NCBI GenBank assembly: GCA_017308115.1
Contig: JAFKFS010000016.1
Span: 37 to 64,036, forward strand
DNA length: 64,000 nt
Reading direction: 5' to 3'
DNA from: Bordetella sp.
GTDB lineage: Bacteria; Pseudomonadota; Alphaproteobacteria; Caulobacterales; Caulobacteraceae
Position 1 is the first letter of the stretch; every line of letters starts with the position of its first letter. A program made the position numbers and the translations under genes. Positions 10,765-19,625 of this stretch are shown piece by piece. The notes under the pieces are model-generated. The model did not search any database and was not told where the DNA came from. It was given only the letters and a program-made list of their open reading frames with translations.

Positions 10765-10856
10765 TGGAAGCCCCCATCATCGTGTTCGACAATGGGGGCG
10801 ATCCTACATGAGGACTTGCAGGAAAAGGAGCGCTGTTTCCAAAGGTTACAGCGATT

Positions 10857-11204
10857 TTAGGCGATGCGCAGGTGGCGTTCCTGGCTGCCCATGGGACGGC
10901 TGTCCCATTCGTCCGGCTTGTTGACCGGGCCGGCGGCGTAGACGCCGTAGCCCAGGCGACGGTGATCCTTCTGCAGCTCGGCGTGGCAGGCGACCACGGC
11001 CTCGCGGGCGGCGCCGAGGGCGGCGATGGCCTCCATGGCCTTGGCCTGGGAGGTCGCGCCGGCCACGGCGGAGACCGACAGGGCCGAGCGGGCGCTGATC
11101 ATCGTCTGAACCAGCGCGGCGGCTTGGGTGATGGCGTCATCCAACGCCTTTTCGGTGGCGTACAGTTCGCCGGCGACACCGGCGATGACTTCGTTGCGAT
11201 CCAT
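10857..11204 (-). CDS. Hypothetical Ala-rich helical protein (115 aa)
   Basis: GAGGGG RBS; amphipathic helical core then GYGVYAAGPVNKP and a polar tail. Confidence 0.8.
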   Translation of the reverse strand: MDRNEVIAGVAGELYATEKALDDAITQAAALVQTMISARSALSVSAVAGATSQAKAMEAIAALGAAREAVVACHAELQKDHRRLGYGVYAAGPVNKPDEWDSRPMGSQERHLRIA

Positions 11205-11251
11205 GGCTTACCCCTCGTTGAAGAAGAAGAACGAGAAAAAGCTAATGCGCA

Positions 11252-11259
11252 TTAACCAT
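11252..11259. promoter_or_regulatory. TTAACCAT CtrA-type half-site in the AT-rich region upstream of the 115-aa gene
   Basis: Exact TTAACCAT ~48 nt upstream of ATG 11204; no perfect TTAA-N7-TTAA partner. Confidence 0.3.
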
Positions 11260-11303
11260 TTTGGGTAGTGGATTTTTTACAAATCTTACAGTTCGCGCCG
11301 ATG

Positions 11304-11711
11304 TCAGGTTTCCTCTGTCTCCGGGTCCAGCAGGAAGTGGGCGGTGAGGGAGGCGATGGGTTCACCCCGGGCTTCCTGCCAGGCTTCGGCTTCCACATGG
11401 GCGACGCGGCGTCCGGCCTTGGCGATTCTCGCGCGCGCATAGACGTTGATCGGCCGGCCCGAGCGGAGATAGGCCACGGTGACGTTGATCGGCCGGGGAA
11501 GGCGCAGCCTCGGGTAGAGGAGAGAGACCTGGGCGATGGCCGTCATCTCCAGCAGCGCCGCCGTCGCGCCCCCATGCAGGGCGGGCAGCATGGGATTGCC
11601 GACCAATCGGTCGGCGAAGGGCATGACGGTCGTGATCTCATCCCCGTTCACCTGGGTCTGGAGATTCAGGAAGCGGGCGTACGGCAGCGTGTCGAGCAGG
11701 GCGGCGGTCAT
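11304..11711 (-). CDS. PaaI family thioesterase
   Basis: NPMLPALHGGATAALLE, PINVTVAYLRSG. Confidence 0.9.
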   Translation of the reverse strand: MTAALLDTLPYARFLNLQTQVNGDEITTVMPFADRLVGNPMLPALHGGATAALLEMTAIAQVSLLYPRLRLPRPINVTVAYLRSGRPINVYARARIAKAGRRVAHVEAEAWQEARGEPIASLTAHFLLDPETEET

Positions 11712-12196
11712 GCGGCGCTCCTGGGTTTCAGATTGGCGCCGGCGCGATGCTCGCCTTCCCCACTGACCATATAGGCGGACTGGGCGGCGGCCACGGGGTC
11801 GGAGGGGTCGTCCTCGAAAGCCCAGGCGCGGACGAAGGCGATGTTGCGCGTCAGGCGATAGCATCGGGCCTCGGCCAGCAGGTCTCGTCCCGGCGTCGCC
11901 GCCCGCATATAGTCGACGCGAAGATCGAGGGTCGCCAGGGGGCGGAACGCGTCGAGCCCCATCCAGACGGCCAGGCCGCCGACGTGATCCAGCAGGGTCG
12001 TGACCAGCCCGCCGGCCAGCACGCCGGTTTCGGGATCGCCGATCAGGTCCTCGCGGTAGGGAACGCGGATGCGCACACGGTCGCCCTCCCGGCCCTCGAA
12101 GGCGAAGCCCAGGGCGTGCGTATGGGCCGCTCCGGATGCGAGTTGGGGCAATAGGCTGTCTAGGAACGAATCCGTCATCGAGGCGTCCTGTGTCAT
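11708..12196 (-). CDS. PaaI family thioesterase
   Basis: GDPETGVLAGGLVTTLLD, ATLDLRVDYMRAA; overlaps the next thioesterase by 4 nt. Confidence 0.88.
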   Translation of the reverse strand: MTQDASMTDSFLDSLLPQLASGAAHTHALGFAFEGREGDRVRIRVPYREDLIGDPETGVLAGGLVTTLLDHVGGLAVWMGLDAFRPLATLDLRVDYMRAATPGRDLLAEARCYRLTRNIAFVRAWAFEDDPSDPVAAAQSAYMVSGEGEHRAGANLKPRSAA

Positions 12197-12250
12197 GTCT
12201 CGCCTTGGTCGCCCGTCGGGGGCGGTCTTGTCCAGCGGGCGGATGGTCCG

Positions 12251-13285
12251 ATGATCCGACCTCAAGATCTTCTAAGGCCCGCGCCGGCCGGTCTCTATTG
12301 TCCGATCGGCGACTTCTATGTCGATCCGGTGCGACCCGTGGACCGGGCGGTGATCACGCACGGCCATTCGGACCACGCGCGGCCGGGACACGGGGCGGTG
12401 CTGGCGACCGCTCAGACCCTCGCCGTCATGGCCGAGCGCTACGGCCCCGGCTTCGCAGGCCGCACCCAGTCCGCAGCCTACGGAGAAACGACTCTGATCG
12501 GCGGCGTGGCGGTGCGGTTCGCCCCCGCAGGACACGTGCTCGGCTCGGCCCAGGCGGTGGTCGAGCGCAACGGCCTGACCATGGTGGTGTCAGGCGATTA
12601 CAAGCGGCGCCGGGATCCGACCTGCCTGCCGTTCGAGCCGGTTCCCTGCCATGTCTTCATCTCCGAGGCGACGTTCGGCCTGCCGGTCTTCGTCCATCCG
12701 CCGGACGAGGAGGAGGTGGCGCGGCTGATCCACTCCCTGGCCCAATTCCCCGAACGCGCCCACCTGGTCGGCGCCTACGCCCTGGGCAAGGCGCAGCGGG
12801 TGATTCGTCTGCTTCGTGAAGCGGGATGGGACCGAACGATCCATGTGCACGGGGCGCTGGATCGCCTGAACCGTCTCTATCAGCGGGAGGGGATCGATCT
12901 GGGGCCGCTGGCGCCCGCCACGGGGCTGAAGGCGGGAGCCTTGGGCGGGGAGGTGGTGATCGCGCCGCCTTCCGCCGTTCAGGACCGCTGGGCGCGGCGG
13001 TTCGCCGATCCGGTCGCCGCCTTCGCGTCCGGCTGGATGGGCGTGAGGGCGCGGGCCCGCCAGCGCGGCGTGGAGCTGCCGCTGGTCATCTCGGACCATG
13101 CGGACTGGCCTGAACTGATCCAGACCTTCGAGGAACTGGCGCCGGAGGAGATATGGATCACCCACGGCCGTGAGGAAGGCCTGCTGCGATGGGCGGAGCT
13201 GAAGGGCGTGAAGGCGCGGGCCCTGCGTCTCGTCGGCTATGACGAGGAAGATGAGGAGGCGCCCGGGGACAGGGGCGTCAGCTGA
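12251..13285 (+). CDS. Ligase-associated DNA damage response exonuclease (MBL/beta-CASP fold)
   Basis: GDFYVDPVRPVDRAVITHGHSDHARPG, AGHVLGSAQ, SEATFGLP, FASGWM, SDHADW, THG. Confidence 0.9.
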   Translation: MIRPQDLLRPAPAGLYCPIGDFYVDPVRPVDRAVITHGHSDHARPGHGAVLATAQTLAVMAERYGPGFAGRTQSAAYGETTLIGGVAVRFAPAGHVLGSAQAVVERNGLTMVVSGDYKRRRDPTCLPFEPVPCHVFISEATFGLPVFVHPPDEEEVARLIHSLAQFPERAHLVGAYALGKAQRVIRLLREAGWDRTIHVHGALDRLNRLYQREGIDLGPLAPATGLKAGALGGEVVIAPPSAVQDRWARRFADPVAAFASGWMGVRARARQRGVELPLVISDHADWPELIQTFEELAPEEIWITHGREEGLLRWAELKGVKARALRLVGYDEEDEEAPGDRGVS

Positions 13286-13301
13286 GCGGCCGACCGCCTT
13301 T

Positions 13302-14894
13302 TCAGGCGACGTCCCGCGCGCGGGCGGGGGCGGCGCTCGCAGGCTCCAGCGCGGTGTTCATGGCCAGGCGCAGGCGCTCGGGCTTGATGGGTTTCTCCAC
13401 CACGGCGGCCATGCCCGCCTTCAAATAGGCCTTGGCGTCGTCCGGGTCGGCGTTGGCGGTCAGGGCGATGATCGGAATGTCGCCCTGGGGACCGTCCATG
13501 GCGCGGATGGCGCGGGTGGCGCCGACGCCGTCGAGGCGCGGCATCTTGATGTCCATCAGGATGAGGTCGAAGGGGCGCGACTGGACCGCTTCGACGGCTT
13601 CCTGGCCGTCCTCGACGGTTTCCGAGGTGCAGCCGAACATCTCGCACAGGGCCTGGGCCACCACGCGGTTGGTGGCGTTGTCGTCGGCGATCAGCACGTG
13701 CGGGCGGGCCAGGAGGTGGAACTGGTCCAGATCGGAGATGTTGTTCGGTTCCTCGCGCTCGACGAAGGCGATCGGCGCCAGCAGATCGAAGGCGAAGGTG
13801 GCGCCGCGGCCGGTGTTGTTTTCCGCCCAGATGCGGCCGTCCATGCATTCGATCAGGCGGCGGCTTATGGCCAGCCCCAGTCCGGCGTCATCGGCTTCCG
13901 GGTCAAGCAGGTCGGCCTTGCGGCGGTCGTCGACCGGACCGTCGTCGCGAACACGGGCCTCGATAAGGACCTGATCGCCCCGGGTCTGCGCCTTCAGACT
14001 GGCCTCGACCATGCCGTGCCGGGCGAACCGCAGCGCATTGCCGATCAGATTGTTGAAGACCTGCCGCAGGCGATCCGCATCGACCATGGCCGCCAGTTCC
14101 GTGTCGCCCTCATAGCCGACCATCAGGGTGACGCCGTCCTGGGCCGCCCGAGGAGACCAGTGGCTCTGCAACTCGTCCATCAGGGTGCGCAGGGTGGTCG
14201 CGCTCGCGCCGATCTTCAGCTCTCCCGCCTCGGCGCGGGCCAGGTCGAGGGCGTCGCGCAGGTTGCCCAGCATGTCTTCCGCCGAATCCATGATGGTGCG
14301 GGCGTGGGACTTGGCGGCGTCGTTCAGCGGTTGCCGGTGCAGAAGTTCGGCCACGGCCAGCACCCCGTTCATGGAGGTGCTGAGTTCGCGGTTGAGCAGG
14401 CCCATGAAGCGGCTTTTCTCGCGCGCGGCGGTGCGGACGGCCTGTTCGGCGGCGTCGGAGGCGCGAAGCTGCTCGATCAGGCGCTGGTTCTCGTGGCGCT
14501 GATCCTCATTGATGGCGCGGAGCAGGGCGGCCGCCGTGCCCACTCCGCGATAGGCGCCCCCGCGGGTGACGATGAAGCCGCGCATCAGGGCGCCGGGGCC
14601 GCTTTTGAGGATGATGGATGAGAAGGCGTCCACCCGCACGCCGGCCTCGATGACGGCGGGCTCCGGGTCCATCACATGGGCGACGTCCCGGGCCCCGTAG
14701 AGACTCTGCCCCAGCGGCCCGGCCAGTTTCAGCAGGAAGTCTCCGCGCTCAATCAGGCCGATGGGACGATCGCCATCGACCACCGGTATCACCAGCGTGT
14801 CCGGCTCCCGCTGGAACCGCGCGAGAATTTCGCCGGTCATGGCGGTTTTCGCCACCGGCTCCACGCGGTCGGTCAGCACTTCGATAGTCGGCAT
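13302..14894 (-). CDS. CBS-pair / HisKA-HATPase-like / receiver hybrid signalling protein with degenerate kinase motifs
   Basis: Two CBS-like repeats; H-box reads NRELSTSMNG; N-box RLRQVFNNLIGNA; G2 AGLGLAIS; intact REC (ADD, LMDIKMP, ALTA, EKP). Confidence 0.88.
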   Translation of the reverse strand: MPTIEVLTDRVEPVAKTAMTGEILARFQREPDTLVIPVVDGDRPIGLIERGDFLLKLAGPLGQSLYGARDVAHVMDPEPAVIEAGVRVDAFSSIILKSGPGALMRGFIVTRGGAYRGVGTAAALLRAINEDQRHENQRLIEQLRASDAAEQAVRTAAREKSRFMGLLNRELSTSMNGVLAVAELLHRQPLNDAAKSHARTIMDSAEDMLGNLRDALDLARAEAGELKIGASATTLRTLMDELQSHWSPRAAQDGVTLMVGYEGDTELAAMVDADRLRQVFNNLIGNALRFARHGMVEASLKAQTRGDQVLIEARVRDDGPVDDRRKADLLDPEADDAGLGLAISRRLIECMDGRIWAENNTGRGATFAFDLLAPIAFVEREEPNNISDLDQFHLLARPHVLIADDNATNRVVAQALCEMFGCTSETVEDGQEAVEAVQSRPFDLILMDIKMPRLDGVGATRAIRAMDGPQGDIPIIALTANADPDDAKAYLKAGMAAVVEKPIKPERLRLAMNTALEPASAAPARARDVA

Positions 14895-15088
14895 TCGGCC
14901 GGCTCCCAATGAGATGTTTTTACATTCCGCAGGAAACGCTTGCCGAACGGTTAAACCGCCCTGTCTATTTTCCTCGTGGACGACTTCCTTTTCGGCGGCC
15001 CGCCTCTGGCGTATAGGAGGGTTCGTCCCATCTTCCGGCACTGGACTTTTGCAGATGCGCGCGGCCTCCGGCCGACCGCAGGTTTGTC

Positions 15089-15808
15089 ATGAGCGTCGCC
15101 TTGCAATACTCAGAAAAAACGGCCCTCGTCCTCTTTTCCGGAGGGCAGGACAGCGCCACCTGCCTGGCCTGGGCGCTGCAGCGCTTCGATCGCGTCGAGA
15201 CGGTGGGCTTCGACTATGGCCAGCGTCACGCGGTGGAGATGCAGGCGCGTCAGGTCGTGCGCCGGGAAACGGCGAAGGTTCTACCGCAATGGGCCGGGCG
15301 TCTGGGGCGGGATCACGTCGTCGACCTGACCGGTTTCGGCGCCATCGGCGAGACGGCGATGACGACCGATCGGGCCATCGAGGCGGATGCGCGCGGCCTG
15401 CCCAACACCTTCGTGCCGGGCCGCAACCTGATCTTCCTGGTCGCGGCCGCGGCCCTCGCCGACCGTCGGGGGCTGGAGGTCCTGGTGGGCGGCATGTGCG
15501 AGACGGATTATTCCGGCTACCCCGACTGCCGGAATGAGACGATCCAGGCCACGGCGCGCGCCCTCTCCCTGGGGCTGGACAAGTCCGTGCCCGTCGAGAC
15601 GCCGCTGATGTTCCTGACCAAGGCCCAGACTTGGGCGCTGGCCGAGCGGATCGGCGGCCGTCCCCTGGTCGAGGCGATCGTCGAGTTCAGCCACACCTGC
15701 TACCTGGGCGACCGGACGCAGCGCCATGCGTGGGGCTATGGCTGCGGGACGTGTCCGGCCTGCGAACTGCGGGCTGCGGGCCACGCGGAATGGGTCTCGG
15801 GCGCATGA
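15089..15808 (+). CDS. queC: 7-cyano-7-deazaguanine synthase
   Basis: [41 protein letters not shown]. Confidence 0.96.
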   Translation: MSVALQYSEKTALVLFSGGQDSATCLAWALQRFDRVETVGFDYGQRHAVEMQARQVVRRETAKVLPQWAGRLGRDHVVDLTGFGAIGETAMTTDRAIEADARGLPNTFVPGRNLIFLVAAAALADRRGLEVLVGGMCETDYSGYPDCRNETIQATARALSLGLDKSVPVETPLMFLTKAQTWALAERIGGRPLVEAIVEFSHTCYLGDRTQRHAWGYGCGTCPACELRAAGHAEWVSGA

Positions 15809-16440
15809 CCTATTCGGCCAAGGAGGTGTTCCTGACGGTGCAGGGCGAGGGCGGGCAGGCGGGCCGTCCCGCCGTTTTCCTGCGCTTCGCCGGCTGCAAC
15901 CTGTGGAGCGGGCTGGAGCGGGATCGCGCCACGGCCGTCTGCACCTTCTGCGACACGGATTTCGTCGGGGTGAACGGCGACGGGGGCGGCAAGTTCAGGA
16001 CCGCCGACCTGATGGCCGATCATGTCGCGCGGATGTGGCGCGGCCGCGAGGGCGACCCGAAGCTGGTGGTCTGCACCGGCGGCGAGCCGCTGATGCAGTT
16101 GGACGCGGCGCTGATCGACGCCCTGCACGCGCGCGGGTTCGAGATCGCCATCGAGAGCAACGGCACCCTGGCCGCGCCCGACGGCGTCGACTGGATCTGC
16201 ATCAGCCCCAAGGCCGATGCGCCCGTCGTCCAGACCTCGGGCCAGGAGTTGAAGCTGGTCTTCCCCCAGCCGCTGGCCATGCCGGACCGATTCGAGCATC
16301 TCGACTTCGAGCGTTTCTGGCTTCAGCCCATGGACGGCCCGGACCAGGCGGCCAACACGGCCGCCGCCATCGAATACTGCCTGACCCGCCCGCAATGGCG
16401 GCTCAGCGTCCAGACGCACAAATACATCGGGGTGCGATAG
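15805..16440 (+). CDS. queE: 7-carboxy-7-deazaguanine synthase (radical SAM)
   Basis: [10 protein letters not shown]14CX2C cluster motif (Burkholderia-type QueE), [14 protein letters not shown]; coupled to queC. Confidence 0.95.
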   Translation: MTYSAKEVFLTVQGEGGQAGRPAVFLRFAGCNLWSGLERDRATAVCTFCDTDFVGVNGDGGGKFRTADLMADHVARMWRGREGDPKLVVCTGGEPLMQLDAALIDALHARGFEIAIESNGTLAAPDGVDWICISPKADAPVVQTSGQELKLVFPQPLAMPDRFEHLDFERFWLQPMDGPDQAANTAAAIEYCLTRPQWRLSVQTHKYIGVR

Positions 16441-16465
16441 GCGAGCGCCCGCCTGGCCACGTCCA

Positions 16466-16502
16466 CTCCGTCATCCTCGGGTCAAGCCGGAGGATGACGG
16501 AG
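16466..16502. repeat. REP-like palindrome (CGTC-tagged type)
   Basis: CTCCGTCATCCTC / GAGGATGACGGAG 13-bp stem with GGGTCAAGCCG loop, between convergent genes. Confidence 0.65.
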
Positions 16503-16528
16503 GATGGGGCGTGGACGAGTCCGCCAGC

Positions 16529-16801
16529 CTAGCAGCTTTTTCCTTGCCGCTGCCTCTGTTCGCAGCGGCGTTGCTCGCGTTCGTGCTCGCGCTGTTCGCG
16601 CTCGCGCTTGGCCCGGGTTTCCTCGTCCGAGGTGGTGACGGCGTCGAAGCCGGCGCCCACGGCGGCGCCCGTCATCTTGGCCGCGCCGCCGACCACGGCG
16701 GCGCCGGCGCCGACGACCGCGCCCGCGACGCAGCCCTGAAGCATCAGCGAACCACCGATGGCGGCCGCAAGGACGGTCGCCCGCGCGAAGGATGAGGTCA
16801 T
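16529..16801 (-). CDS. Small hypothetical lipoprotein
   Basis: Signal peptide with LQGC lipobox, Gly/Ala-rich helix, charged C-terminus; GGAG RBS. Confidence 0.7.
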   Translation of the reverse strand: MTSSFARATVLAAAIGGSLMLQGCVAGAVVGAGAAVVGGAAKMTGAAVGAGFDAVTTSDEETRAKREREQREHEREQRRCEQRQRQGKSC

Positions 16802-16850
16802 GAAAAAGCTCCTGACCTCACTCTGACAGCCAGAGGTGAACAGAGGCTGA

Positions 16851-16884
16851 CGAATCCTTCTCCCCCACAGGGGAGAAGGATTCG
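16851..16884. repeat. 15-bp perfect-stem inverted repeat downstream of the pirin gene
   Basis: CGAATCCTTCTCCCC-caca-GGGGAGAAGGATTCG; no U-tract on either strand. Confidence 0.6.
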
Positions 16885-16885
16885 C

Positions 16886-17581
16886 TTACAGGCTGTCGAC
16901 CATGACCAGTTCCGCGTCTTCATCGGCGGTGATGGTGAGGGTCGGCTCGTCGATGACCCCGGCGCCGTCGCGGGCGTTCAGGACCACGCCGTTGACGTCC
17001 ACCCGGCCCACGGCGGGCACCAGATAGGCGCGGCGACCGGGGGCAAGATCATAGGACAGGCTTTCGCCGGCCTTCAGCGTGGCGGCCAGCACCCGGGCGT
17101 CAGCGTTGATCGTCAGCGCTTCATCCGCCGGATCGCCTGAGGCGACCACGGTGAAGCGGCCTGAACGGTCGCTCTTGGGGAACTCGCGCTGGCCCCAGGA
17201 CGGCTGGGCGCCCGGCCGATCCGTCTCGATCCAGATCTGGAACAGGGTCGTGCGTTCGTTCTCCATATTGTACTCGGCGTGGCGCACGCCGGTCCCCGCG
17301 CTCATCACCTGAACGTCTCCCGCCGCCGTGCGGCCGGTGTTGCCCATGGAGTCCTGGTGGGTGATGGCCCCGGTGCGGACATAGGTGATGATCTCCATGT
17401 CCGCGTGCGGGTGGGGCGGAAAGCCCGACTGGGCGGCGATCTCGTCATCGTTCCAGACGCGCAGCCGGCCCCAGCCCATGCGCTTGGGATCGTAATAGTT
17501 GGCGAACGAGAAGTGGTGACGGGCGTGCAGCCAGCCGTGGTTGGCTCCGCCCAGGGTTTCGAAACGACGAACGTCGATCAT
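16886..17581 (-). CDS. Pirin family protein (YhhW-like)
   Basis: HHFSFANYYDP, LRVWNDD, GFPPHPHADMEIITYV, MSAGTGVRHAE. Confidence 0.93.
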   Translation of the reverse strand: MIDVRRFETLGGANHGWLHARHHFSFANYYDPKRMGWGRLRVWNDDEIAAQSGFPPHPHADMEIITYVRTGAITHQDSMGNTGRTAAGDVQVMSAGTGVRHAEYNMENERTTLFQIWIETDRPGAQPSWGQREFPKSDRSGRFTVVASGDPADEALTINADARVLAATLKAGESLSYDLAPGRRAYLVPAVGRVDVNGVVLNARDGAGVIDEPTLTITADEDAELVMVDSL

Positions 17582-17668
17582 GTGGCAGTCTCCCTTGCTG
17601 CGCAGCCTGGGCCGCGCGGTTGGAGTCTATATAGGTAACCATATCTGTTACGAAAAGGGGGCTGTGTC

Positions 17669-18754
17669 CTATCCGACCTGGGCCCGGTGCCGCAGCTTGG
17701 CGTCGGCCAGGACGAGGGCGGCCATGGCCTCCACGACCGGCACGCCGCGCAGCGCCACGCAGGGGTCGTGACGGCCCTTGGTCCGCAGATCGACCTCATC
17801 GCCGTCGCGGTTGATGGTCTGGCGCAGAGTGAGGATGGAGGACGTGGGCTTGAACGCCGCCCGCGCCGTCAACGGCTGGCCGGTGGAGACGCCGCCCAGC
17901 ACCCCGCCCGCCTTGTTGGACAGGAAGACCGGCCGGCCGTCGTCGCCCAGACGCATCTGGTCGGCGTTGTCCTCGCCCGACAGTTCGGCGGCGCCGAAGC
18001 CCGCGCCGATCTCGACGCCCTTCACGGCGTTGATGGACATCAGGCCCGACGCCAGTTCGGCGTCCAGCTTGGCGTAGAGCGGCGCGCCCCAGCCTGCGGG
18101 AAGACCCGTGACCTCCAGCGCCACCACGGCGCCGATCGAAGAGCCCGCCTTGCGCACGCCGTCCAGATACGCCTCCCACGCGGGCGCGACCTCGGCCGAG
18201 GCGGCGAACAGGGCGTTGTCATGCACGGCGTCGAAATCGATCGCTTCGTCAGGAATACGGTGCGGACCGAGTTGGACCACGCCTGCGCGGATGCGGACGC
18301 CGTCGCCCAGCACCTTGCGCGCCACCGCGCCCGCCGCCACGCGGCTGGCCGTCTCGCGCGCCGAGGAACGCCCGCCGCCGCGATGGTCGCGCACCCCGTA
18401 CTTGGCCTGATAGACGTAGTCCGCGTGGCCGGGGCGGAAGGCGCGGGCGATCTCGCCGTAGTCCTTGGAGCGCTGGTCGGTGTTCTCGATCATCAGGCTG
18501 ATCGGCGCGCCGGTCGTGACCGGGCCGTTTCCGTCGTCGAAGACGCCGGACAGGATGCGGACCCGGTCGGCCTCCTGCCGCTGGGTGACGAAGCGGCTGC
18601 CGCCGGGCTTGCGCTGGTCCAGCCAGGGCTGGATGTCGGCCTCGGTCAGCGGGATCAGCGGCGGACAGCCGTCGACGACGCAGCCGATGGCCGGGCCGTG
18701 GCTTTCGCCCCAGGTGGTGATGCGGAACAGGTGGCCGAAGGTGTTGTGCGACAT
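17669..18754 (-). CDS. aroC: Chorismate synthase
   Basis: [46 protein letters not shown]. Confidence 0.97.
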   Translation of the reverse strand: MSHNTFGHLFRITTWGESHGPAIGCVVDGCPPLIPLTEADIQPWLDQRKPGGSRFVTQRQEADRVRILSGVFDDGNGPVTTGAPISLMIENTDQRSKDYGEIARAFRPGHADYVYQAKYGVRDHRGGGRSSARETASRVAAGAVARKVLGDGVRIRAGVVQLGPHRIPDEAIDFDAVHDNALFAASAEVAPAWEAYLDGVRKAGSSIGAVVALEVTGLPAGWGAPLYAKLDAELASGLMSINAVKGVEIGAGFGAAELSGEDNADQMRLGDDGRPVFLSNKAGGVLGGVSTGQPLTARAAFKPTSSILTLRQTINRDGDEVDLRTKGRHDPCVALRGVPVVEAMAALVLADAKLRHRAQVG

Positions 18755-18764
18755 GGCCTCTCGC

Positions 18765-19508
18765 TTAGGCCGCCATGCGCTCCGGCGTCCAGACCCGAGT
18801 GAAGCGAAGCAGCATGTCTTCCGCCGCCGAGGGCAGATCGTCGGACGGCGTCAGCTTGACGAACAGGTCGCCCGCGGCGCGCCTGCCGCGGGCGGGCAGG
18901 CCGAGGCCGGGAAGGCGCAGCCGCACCGGTTCGACCATGTCCGGCACCAGCCAGGCGCTCTGAGGTCCGGCGTGGGTGTCGATCTCTATGCGCCCGCCGT
19001 CGCGCATCAGGCGCGGCGCGATGGCCCAGTCCATGAAGAGGTCCGCCCCCAGGACCGACAGGCCGTCGGCGGGCCGGATCAGCACGGGCAGCAAGGGGCG
19101 GCGGTCCTTCAGCCGAATCCGGTCGGCGGTGCGCACGCCGGGGGGGACATGGACGAGCAGGGTCCGGCCCCAGGCCTTGACGATCACGCTGCCTCCGGTC
19201 AGGGCCTGCATGGGCGTGATCACCACCAGCGGCGGCGGGCAGGCGGGCGCGCGGGACGCGGCCGGGGCCCTGGCGGGCGCGGGAGCCTCGGCGGCCTGGC
19301 GCGGCGCGGGCAGGGCGCGCGTCTCGCCCTGCAACAGGCGGTAGGCGGCGATCACGCGCCGAAAGCGCTCCGGGTCTCCGCCCGGGTGGTCCGGGCGGCA
19401 GGCCTTCACGGCCTTGCGGAAGGCGGCGGCCAGGGTCTGAGGCCCCACGGGACCGTCCAGGTCCAGCAGGCGACGGGCGTCCGTGAAGTTGAGGCTGTCC
19501 GCGCGCAT
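18765..19508 (-). CDS. J-domain-like + DnaJ C-terminal domain protein (CbpA-like architecture)
   Basis: [29 protein letters not shown]-like helices; C-terminal LRLPGLGLP...GDLFVKL. Confidence 0.8.
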   Translation of the reverse strand: MRADSLNFTDARRLLDLDGPVGPQTLAAAFRKAVKACRPDHPGGDPERFRRVIAAYRLLQGETRALPAPRQAAEAPAPARAPAASRAPACPPPLVVITPMQALTGGSVIVKAWGRTLLVHVPPGVRTADRIRLKDRRPLLPVLIRPADGLSVLGADLFMDWAIAPRLMRDGGRIEIDTHAGPQSAWLVPDMVEPVRLRLPGLGLPARGRRAAGDLFVKLTPSDDLPSAAEDMLLRFTRVWTPERMAA

Positions 19509-19538
19509 GGCGCCCACTGTGCAGATCACATCCTCAAG

Positions 19539-19554
19539 ACAGGGTTAACCCTGT
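19539..19554. promoter_or_regulatory. Perfect 16-bp palindrome, probable operator
   Basis: ACAGGGTTAACCCTGT equals its own reverse complement; lies in the divergent DnaJ-like/pdxH intergenic region. Confidence 0.5.
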
Positions 19555-19625
19555 TTGCAGGGGCTGACGCAGGTTTGAACGACGGCCGTGTGACGCGGAC
19601 CCGTAAGCGGGACTATAGGGTCGGC

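Noticed and set aside
9632-11204. Prophage remnant around the S24 repressor
   Set aside because: No integrase, structural, replication or lysis genes and no att repeats
15000-15088. Possible preQ1 riboswitch upstream of queC (GGAGGGTTCGTCCCATCTTCC)
   Set aside because: Lacks the UUCUAG-type loop and the A-rich 3' tail of preQ1-I; region overlaps the divergent kinase promoter
3595-16440. queA/tgt/queC/queE as a 7-deazaguanine DNA-modification (dpd) system
   Set aside because: Tgt is the canonical tRNA enzyme paired with queA; no dpdA/B/C-like or phage genes; the two gene pairs are ~9 kb apart
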